Shown here: piece by piece, positions 57,630 through 64,000 of the stretch | Position numbering within the stretch: the first letter of the stretch is position 1 | Layout of the letters: the number at the start of each line of letters is the position of its first letter | Assembly: GCA_965653565.1 (NCBI GenBank) | Contig: CBFHAI010000019.1 | Location: 6,140 to 70,139 of the forward strand | Direction of reading: 5' to 3' | Length of the DNA stretch: 64,000 nt | Source: an uncultured Chiayiivirga sp. | GTDB lineage: Bacteria > Pseudomonadota > Gammaproteobacteria > Xanthomonadales > Xanthomonadaceae | Made by a program: the position numbers and the translations under genes | The notes under the pieces: model-generated | Seen by the model: only the letters and a program-made list of their open reading frames with translations | Databases searched by the model: none | Told to the model about the DNA's origin: nothing

Positions 57630-57920
57630 GGGCAGCTCCAGCACTCGATCGACGAAAAGCGCCGCGCCACACGCGATCGAGCGATCATGAGCAGGCGGAG
57701 CATCGAAACAGGCCGGTCCGTGCGCCGCTGGCGGGCACGAAGGAAGCTCCCGGAGCGACGGACTGGACTGGCATTCGCGTGCTAGGCGAGATCCGGAGTA
57801 GCCGGATGCCAGCGGTCTCGTGCGATATTTGCAAACAAAGGTGACACCTAGACGGGGTATCGCGCCCGCCCTGCACTATCCTTCCTGTCGAGCCGTTCTT
57901 CCTGCCCGGATGCAATCCAA

Positions 57921-58526
57921 GTGATTGATATTGCAAACGCGTCGCTGACGGTCTTGCTGAATCACGCCGCCGGCGGCGACCTGGCCGCCCGCCACCGGGT
58001 GTTCGAGCGCATCTATGCGGAGCTGCGCACCGTCGCGCGCCGATTGATGCTCGGCGAAGGTTCGGGCCACACCCTGGGGGCGACCGCGCTGGTGCATGAG
58101 TTGTATCTGCGGCTGTTCGCCGGCGAGTCCGCCGGCTGGGCCGACCGCGAGCAGTTTCTGCGCTATGCGCGCGCCGCGATGGCGCATCTGCTGGTCGATC
58201 ACGCGCGCCGCCGCAACACTCAGCGTCGCGGCGGGGGGCTGATGGCCACCGACGAGCAGCCCTTGGCCGAGCCCGCCGACACCGACGCCTTGATCGATCT
58301 CGAAGAGTCCTTGCAGACCCTGGCCCGGGTCAATCCGCGCGCCGCGCGCGTGCTCGAGTTGCGCTGCCTGGCCGGGCTGGAAGTGGAGCAGACCGCGTCG
58401 CTGCTCGGAGTCAGTGAGCGCACCGTCTGCCGCGACTGGGACCTGGCGCGCGGGCTGCTGTCGCAGATGCTCGCGTCGACCGAAGGCGCGCCGATCGCGC
58501 TGCGCGATGACGATCCCGGGCACTGA
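57921..58526 (+). CDS. ECF-type sigma factor (paralog of 22228-22800)
   Basis: GTG start. LLNHAAGGDLAARHRVFERIYAELRTVARRLM...HTLGATALVHELYLRL and region 4 (LELRCLAGLEVEQTASLLGVSERTVCRDWDLARGLL). Confidence 0.8.
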   Translation: MIDIANASLTVLLNHAAGGDLAARHRVFERIYAELRTVARRLMLGEGSGHTLGATALVHELYLRLFAGESAGWADREQFLRYARAAMAHLLVDHARRRNTQRRGGGLMATDEQPLAEPADTDALIDLEESLQTLARVNPRAARVLELRCLAGLEVEQTASLLGVSERTVCRDWDLARGLLSQMLASTEGAPIALRDDDPGH

Positions 58527-61152
58527 TCCGCACACCCGCTGGCGGCGATTGAGCGAGGCCCTCGACGGGCTGCTCGATGCCGACCCCGCCGCGCGCGATC
58601 GCCTGCTCGCCGACCTCACGCCCTCGCTGCGAGCCAGCGCGATCGCCGCACTCGGCGCGATCGGGCAGCACGACGCCTTCGACGAGATCGCGGCCGAAGC
58701 GGCCGCGCGGCGGCCCGAGCCGCTGCCCGAATCGCTGCTGGGCGAGCGCATCGGCGATTTCGAACTGACCGCCCTGCTCGGCGTCGGCGGCATGTCCTGG
58801 GTGTATCTGGCGCAGCGCGAACAAGGCGGCGCGCGCCAGCAGGTCGCGCTCAAACGCCTGCGTCCGGATCTGGCGTCGGCGCAGCTGCGCGAGCGCTTCG
58901 CCATCGAGCAGCGCATCGTCGGGCGCATCGCGCATCCGGGCATCGCGCGACTGATCGCCGCCGGGGTCGACGACGCCGGCGTGCCGTGGCTGGCGACCGA
59001 GCTGGTGCAAGGCAAGCCGCTGCTGCACTGGTGCGACGAACGCCGGCTGCCGGTGCCGCGGCGATTGGGCTTGTTCCTGCGCGTGTGCGAGGCGGTGAGC
59101 GCGGCCCATCGCCACCTGATCGTGCACCGCGACCTCAAGCCGGCGAACGTGCTGGTCGATGACGACGGCGAGCCCAAACTGCTCGACTTCGGAATTTCGC
59201 GCCTGCTCGAAGGCGATACGGCCGCTGTCGACAGCACCCGCGCCGAGTGGCGCATGCTCACGCCCGAATATGCGGCGCCCGAGCAACTGGCCGGCGCGGC
59301 GCCGAACATCGCCATGGATGTCTATGCACTGGGCGTAATGCTCTACGAGTTGTTGTCGGGTGTGCGGCCGCCGAGCGCCGTGTATCGCCGCGCCGATGAA
59401 GCGCCGCTCGTGCCGCCCTCGGCCGCGCACGTGCCGGCGGCGGCACATCTGCGCGCCGCGTCGCCAAAAGCGCTGCGGCGCCGTCTGCAGGGCGACCTGG
59501 ATGCCATCGTGCTGCGCGCGCTGGAGTTCGACCCGGAGCGCCGCTATGCGCGCGTCGATCTGTTGGCCGACGATCTGCGGGCGGTGCTGGAGAAGCGTCC
59601 GATATCGATGCGCCGCCGGAACTGGTTGCACACGGCCGCGCGCTTCCTGCAACGCAATTGGCTCGTCAGTTCGTTGGCGGCGGTCGCCCTGCTGGGTTCT
59701 CTGGGCGGCGTGGCGGGTGTGGTGATCGAATCGCAACGGCGCGAGCGGGCCCTGGAGCGCGCCGAAGCGGTGGAACGGTTCCTGGTCGGATTGTTCGGCT
59801 CGGCCTCGCTCTCCACGCGCGATGCCGCGCAGCGGCCGGTGTCGGCGCTGTTGCAGGACGGCGCCGACGAGGCGGCAGGTCTCGCACCGTCGCGCCCCGC
59901 GCTGGCGGCGAAATTGCTCCTGACGATCGCCACGGTGCAGAACCAGCTCGATCAATTCGACGCGGCGATCGCCAACTACGAGGCGTCCGCGGCCGCGGCG
60001 CGCGCCGCGAACGATCTGCTCACCGTCGCCGAAGCGCAGCTCGGCCACGCCAACGTGCGGCTGCGCACCGGCCTGAACGCCGGACGCATCGACGCCCTGC
60101 TCGAAGCAGCCCTGCCCGTGCTTCGCGAGCAGGCCCCCGAAAGTCTGCAACTGGTCAACGGCCTGACCATGCTTGCCCTGCGGCAGCAGGCACTGAAGCG
60201 GCTGAACGAGGCCGAGGCCAGCTTTCTCGAAGCCATCGCCCTGGTGGACCGCGTGGCGCCGAACGATGTCCTGGCGTTCCAGGCGCGTTCGGACCTGGGC
60301 GTGATGTACGAACTCGATGGGCGAGTCGACGAGGCCGTGGCTATCGAACGCGAAGCCTGGGCCGGAGCGCGCGAAATCCTGGGCCCGGCGCACGTCACGA
60401 GTCTGCGCATCGGGTTCAATCTTGGCAAAGCGCTCGGCAGGCAAGGCGCGCTGGCCGAAGCGAACGAGCTGATGCGGCAAACCGCCGGGCCGCTGTTCGA
60501 GCTGCTGCCGCCCGATCACACCGACCAGGTGGCGATCCGCGCCGAGTACGCCCGCGTGGCCGCGCAGTTCGATCGACTCGACGAGGCCGAGACCTTGCTG
60601 GTCGACGCTACGCGGATTGCCGGGCAGCGCGAGGATATCGACGGCACCCTGGTGGCCGTGATGCGCTCGCATCTGGGCGCGCTGCGGGCGCGGCAAGGCC
60701 GCCTGGACGCGGCGTTCACGGAAATCGATGCGGCTTATCGCTGGCTGGTCGAACACGGCGCCCAGGATTTCTTCCAGACCTGCTGGGCGCAGGGCACCAC
60801 CGCGCGCCTGCTTTTCGATCTGGGCCGCGATGCCGAAGCACGCGAACGGCTCGCCGCGCCATCCAATTGCGGCGCCGCCCTCGACGAGGCGCGCGCGCGC
60901 GCCGCCTGGGCGGCCGGCGACCACGACCAAGCCCACACCCGCTATGCCGCGTTGTTGACGCCGCGCGATGGCACGCCGCAGGCGCAAATCGCCGTGCTTC
61001 CCGTGCGTCTGCGCTATGCGGTGCTGCTCGGCGAAAGCGGCGACCGCACTCGGGCCCGCGCGCAGTTGCAGCACATCACCGAAACGTTGGCGGCCATGGA
61101 TATCACGGCCAATCCCGAGCTGCGTGAAGCGCGGCGATTGCTTGCGGAGTGA
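58507..61152 (+). CDS. transmembrane Ser/Thr protein kinase with TPR repeats (paralog of 19496-22231)
   Basis: The ATG at 58507 lies inside the last 20 nt of the sigma gene. Kinase motifs LGVGGMSWVYLA, VALK, HRDLKPANVLV, DFGISR, APEQ. TM segment WLVSSLAAVALLGSLGGVAGVVI. The C-terminal half is TPR-like. Confidence 0.85.
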   Translation: MTIPGTDPHTRWRRLSEALDGLLDADPAARDRLLADLTPSLRASAIAALGAIGQHDAFDEIAAEAAARRPEPLPESLLGERIGDFELTALLGVGGMSWVYLAQREQGGARQQVALKRLRPDLASAQLRERFAIEQRIVGRIAHPGIARLIAAGVDDAGVPWLATELVQGKPLLHWCDERRLPVPRRLGLFLRVCEAVSAAHRHLIVHRDLKPANVLVDDDGEPKLLDFGISRLLEGDTAAVDSTRAEWRMLTPEYAAPEQLAGAAPNIAMDVYALGVMLYELLSGVRPPSAVYRRADEAPLVPPSAAHVPAAAHLRAASPKALRRRLQGDLDAIVLRALEFDPERRYARVDLLADDLRAVLEKRPISMRRRNWLHTAARFLQRNWLVSSLAAVALLGSLGGVAGVVIESQRRERALERAEAVERFLVGLFGSASLSTRDAAQRPVSALLQDGADEAAGLAPSRPALAAKLLLTIATVQNQLDQFDAAIANYEASAAAARAANDLLTVAEAQLGHANVRLRTGLNAGRIDALLEAALPVLREQAPESLQLVNGLTMLALRQQALKRLNEAEASFLEAIALVDRVAPNDVLAFQARSDLGVMYELDGRVDEAVAIEREAWAGAREILGPAHVTSLRIGFNLGKALGRQGALAEANELMRQTAGPLFELLPPDHTDQVAIRAEYARVAAQFDRLDEAETLLVDATRIAGQREDIDGTLVAVMRSHLGALRARQGRLDAAFTEIDAAYRWLVEHGAQDFFQTCWAQGTTARLLFDLGRDAEARERLAAPSNCGAALDEARARAAWAAGDHDQAHTRYAALLTPRDGTPQAQIAVLPVRLRYAVLLGESGDRTRARAQLQHITETLAAMDITANPELREARRLLAE

Positions 61153-61377
61153 CGGAATCCGGCGCAAGGGCCGGGCTCCGGAGTGCGTTAACCGCGCCTC
61201 CTACCTTTCGTCGGCGACGCCTGACAGCGCACAATTGTCCTGCCTTCATCGTGTGCGCCAGGACGAGTTCGAGATTTCGCGGGGTTTTTCGCATTCTCTG
61301 TATTCGATGTGTTTGCGACGAAGCTGATTCGTTGCATTTATCTTGATGCTGTGAGTGCGTCGCCGTAGGATCGATCG

Positions 61378-61462
61378 CGCTGCGGCCAAATCCGCAGCCG
61401 GGTATGACAGCCCGCAAACACAAGGCGCATCAGCGCCCACGTCCGATGTCGGCGCTTTTTTT
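61378..61462 (+). ncRNA. candidate small RNA or leader transcript (promoter-like element, two hairpins, U-tract)
   Basis: TTGATG (61343-61348), a 17-nt spacer, TAGGAT (61366-61371). Hairpin ctgcgg-ccaaat-ccgcag. Then agcgcc...ggcgct followed by seven T residues (61456-61462). No credible ORF inside. Confidence 0.25.
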
Positions 61463-61567
61463 GCGTCCGCCATCGGCGTGGGCGCAAACCGGCTTCTATG
61501 GCGGCGGTGCGCGGGAGCTTTCGGGCTCGCCGGTTCCTTGTGTACCGGTCTGTCACCGCGCACCGTT

Positions 61568-61850
61568 CGCCACCCGCTCGCCGAGTGGCGCACTTCGACA
61601 AGCCAGGAGTGCGGAGATGAAAGGAAGACGTGCGGCAAAACGTTCGCGGCTCGCATCCCTTGCGAAAGCAAGGTCGATGCTCTGGGCGCTTCAACAACTC
61701 ACCGCGAAGAACGTGACCACCGGCAGGGCAGGTCGCAGCTATCTATTCGAACTGCATCAGATCGCGACTCAGGGCGTGAATATCGTCGAACGTGTTCTCA
61801 ATGATATTGAGTCGGCTCGCGACGAGGGCAAGTAAGTTGCTCTGACCCCC
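61568..61850 (+). repeat. intact copy of the roughly 0.28 kb element (copy 2), containing a 72-aa ORF
   Basis: See copy 1. Homology starts about 50 nt upstream of the ORF ATG and continues 15 nt beyond its TAA, to GTAAGTTGCTCTGACCCC. Confidence 0.75.
61617..61835 (+). CDS. hypothetical basic/helical 72-aa protein
   Basis: GGAG lies 8 nt upstream of the ATG. Product MKGRRAAKRSRLASLAKARSMLWALQQLTAKNV...LFELHQIATQGVNIVERVLNDIESARDEGK. Only the last 72 codons of the 143-aa track ORF look real. Confidence 0.4.
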   Translation: MKGRRAAKRSRLASLAKARSMLWALQQLTAKNVTTGRAGRSYLFELHQIATQGVNIVERVLNDIESARDEGK

Positions 61851-61871
61851 GCCGTTCGACCCCCGCCGTTC
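61844..61871. repeat. perfect 14-bp tandem duplication (gacccccgccgttc x2) at the right boundary of repeat copy 2
   Basis: Positions 61844-61857 and 61858-61871 are identical. The first unit begins inside the conserved CTGACCCC end of the element. Confidence 0.9.
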
Positions 61872-62076
61872 GGCTATCAAACGGCTTACAGCAAAGCACA
61901 TCGACGACGAGAGTTGTGGTTGCAGCTTTCTGTTCGAGTTGCACCAACTTGCGAGCAGGGACTTGAGGCAACTGACCGTTTGATTGATTGCATCGAAAGC
62001 GGTGAAGCGGCGAGCGATGCCTCTGGCGCCATACTCGCCCGTGCCGAGTCAGGAAGGAACCCAGTCAATCGCCAAT

Positions 62077-64000
62077 TTAGTAGATCTGTTTCCGACCTCC
62101 GCGAGACGGCAACTGACGAATTTCCAACCCGAGCAACTGGCAATACTTTCGCTTTGTCGCGGTGTCGGGCGGCGAGAGGTACATCCTGCGCTTGACGAGT
62201 TCCCTAACGACGATCCTGGGGAGAAGGTCGGCCTCTCTTGTTTCGCGCAAGAACTTCTCAATGGGAATTCCAGGGAAATCCTTTTCCGACAAGATGCCTG
62301 CTCCGAGCCAGAACAGCATATCTGTACTCTCGGGCCTTACCCTTCGCATGTCTGCAACAAGCGGCCGAAGCTCTTGCGCGCCAATTGCGGTCGCGACTCG
62401 CGATACGCACGCCAGGGTCATCTGAGAAACAACCCATCCCAATACGCGGTTAGCTGTCTGTCGCGCCACCTCTGGATCTAATCGAAATGAAGCCTCGAGT
62501 GCCCCGGACATCTGGTGTGCGATCTGTGGCCCATGTTCTTCCACTAGTTGGAAGAACAATCGCATCAAGCGGCGAGCGAGACTCGAACAGCTACTGGCCA
62601 CCGCCATCTTACGCTCGCCGTCCAATCCTCCTGCACGACTCCGCAGCACTTGGCCCAACACCTGAATAGTCTTAAACGCCGAATTGATACGGCCAGGATC
62701 GTCCTCAAGCCCTTCCATTCCGCGATGACTAGGCGCGAGGCTTTGCCTCTCCGCTTTGTCGGCCTGCTCGGCAAAATGCTCACTCACCTCAATAGGGCGG
62801 CCGTCTATCAACACGCTGCGGTCTGCGACGGTGAGGAAACGCGTGAGCAGTCCTGTCCCTTCCGAAACTTCCGCCTCTCCTATTTCGGGAAACAGCGCAT
62901 TGGCGTGACGACACAATAAATCGACGACCTCGGTTTCGTGGCCAAGATGGGCAACAAATGTGAGTACATTCGCGCTTCGCTCGGTATGAATGTACTCAAT
63001 GAGTCGCGGAATCAACTCGTCCTGCTCGCGCCTGTTACGAGCCGCGCTAATATCACGAGCCAAGAAATAGTAGAAATAATACGGGTAGTAGAAGCGAGTC
63101 ACACCGTCGTGCACCGCTAAAATTTGCGCCGACACAAGCTTGGAGACCAACGTAGTGCGATCTACCTCGATTCTCTTTTCTTTCAAGAAGCTCTCGTAGA
63201 ACTCATCGAACTCTTCTTGCGTAACCGCTTCCGACGGTTCTTCCGAGACACGCCTCGCGAATGCGGATAGAACTGCAACCACAATCTCAATCTTGACGCC
63301 CTTGACGCGCTCGTCAATTGTTCTAGTAATCAGCTCTTCGAACAAGTAGCCGTGACTACCGTTTGCAACGATGGATTTCGCGTCCGATGCGAGCTCAAGC
63401 TGCTGCAGCACCAAGAGCACGTAGACCGGGTATCGAGGGATAATATTCCTAGCGAAAAGCTCATCGACGAACTTCTTGAGCTGTCGACACTGCGATTCGA
63501 TCTCTACCTCCGAGAATTCTCCGTCATCTCCGAGTGAGACCCAACGGCGAATTAGGTCTGAGCGATGCTTGTGGCTAGTTGGAGGAAGCTCGAAGAGCGC
63601 GGCATCTCGCCACACATTCGACGCTCCAGTGACAAGGTCATCCACCACTCCTGAGATGGCGGAGTACTGACCGGAGAAAGCAACAATTCGCCCATGGTGA
63701 GCGGAAAGGCGGTCTACTACTCTCTTTAGCCCCTCATGCCCACCGGGCACGCTGTGTACGTTGTCTAGAAACGCAATCTTTCGTGTCGGAGTGGCTTGCT
63801 TGATATCTTCCGCACAATCGCTCGGATACTGCTCGGTCATCGCAGAGTTGATCCACGAGGTTATTTCTCCTCGGAAGCTCTTCGACAGCCTGCTGCAATC
63901 TAGATAAAGCGGGACATCTCCTCGGCGCTGACTTTCACGATAAAGCAGTTTCGCAAGAGAGGTCTTTCCGGCCTGCTCGACGCCAGCCACCAACGACAGC
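62077..64000 (-). CDS. P-loop NTPase, STAND-like (N-terminus beyond the right window edge)
   Basis: Walker A GVEQAGKTSL sits at the very edge and the frame stays open to position 64000. Walker B-like KIAFLDNVH. A long helical C-terminal region follows. G+C is visibly lower than in neighbouring genes. Confidence 0.6.
   Translation of the reverse strand, partial: LSLVAGVEQAGKTSLAKLLYRESQRRGDVPLYLDCSRLSKSFRGEITSWINSAMTEQYPSDCAEDIKQATPTRKIAFLDNVHSVPGGHEGLKRVVDRLSAHHGRIVAFSGQYSAISGVVDDLVTGASNVWRDAALFELPPTSHKHRSDLIRRWVSLGDDGEFSEVEIESQCRQLKKFVDELFARNIIPRYPVYVLLVLQQLELASDAKSIVANGSHGYLFEELITRTIDERVKGVKIEIVVAVLSAFARRVSEEPSEAVTQEEFDEFYESFLKEKRIEVDRTTLVSKLVSAQILAVHDGVTRFYYPYYFYYFLARDISAARNRREQDELIPRLIEYIHTERSANVLTFVAHLGHETEVVDLLCRHANALFPEIGEAEVSEGTGLLTRFLTVADRSVLIDGRPIEVSEHFAEQADKAERQSLAPSHRGMEGLEDDPGRINSAFKTIQVLGQVLRSRAGGLDGERKMAVASSCSSLARRLMRLFFQLVEEHGPQIAHQMSGALEASFRLDPEVARQTANRVLGWVVSQMTLACVSRVATAIGAQELRPLVADMRRVRPESTDMLFWLGAGILSEKDFPGIPIEKFLRETREADLLPRIVVRELVKRRMYLSPPDTATKRKYCQLLGLEIRQLPSRGGRKQIY

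Noticed and set aside
52077-57672. 1362-aa plus-strand ORF (52077-56165), 539-aa ORF (56166-57785), and 814-aa and 623-aa alternative minus frames inside the adhesin gene
   Set aside because: Extreme Arg/Gly/Asp bias and no signal peptides. The adhesin frame has a signal peptide, DUF11-type repeats and a sorting tail.
58411-61167. 918-aa antisense ORF opposite the second kinase gene
   Set aside because: Arg/Gln/Gly-rich with no motifs. The sense frame contains all kinase motifs and TPR repeats.
61404-61835. Full 143-aa track ORF
   Set aside because: The first 71 codons read through the hairpin/T-run region and are Arg/Pro/Ala-rich. Only the segment from ATG 61617 (with GGAG upstream, matching copy 1 homology) looks like a real gene.

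Overview
High-G+C proteobacterial chromosome segment. Gene content and repeat style suggest a Xanthomonadales/Lysobacterales-like gammaproteobacterium, but that is inference only. Positions 1-17.3 kb form a housekeeping block: purD 3' end, a CsgG-like pair, an MFS-acyltransferase fusion, ampE-like, nudC, erpA, bactofilin, a REC-GGDEF-EAL protein coupled to a hybrid kinase, bfr/bfd, rppH and tRNA-Met. Everything after the tRNA looks accessory. (i) A visibly lower-G+C islet holds a decayed type II restriction-modification pair. (ii) A roughly 16.5 kb co-directional minus-strand string runs from a type IV pilin set with a giant PilX-anchored protein, through a hybrid kinase, an AraC/cupin protein, DUF1631 and a delta-60 propeller protein, to an ECF sigma plus TPR Ser/Thr kinase. 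(iii) A collagen-like surface protein operon sits next to a tail-anchored ToxR-like regulator and a retropepsin-like lipoprotein. (iv) A two-component system is followed by two paralogous small secreted Cys proteins. (v) hipBA follows. (vi) A roughly 10.5 kb module carries a 1829-aa DUF11-repeat adhesin with an IPTL-CTERM-like tail and a second ECF sigma/Ser-Thr kinase pair, and is bracketed by two diverged direct copies of a 0.2-0.3 kb element. (vii) A lower-G+C STAND-like NTPase is cut by the right edge. No rRNA, CRISPR array, transposase or integrase was recognised. Most long alternative-frame or antisense ORFs in the track are high-G+C artefacts. All family names come from motif recognition by eye and need HMM or BLAST confirmation.
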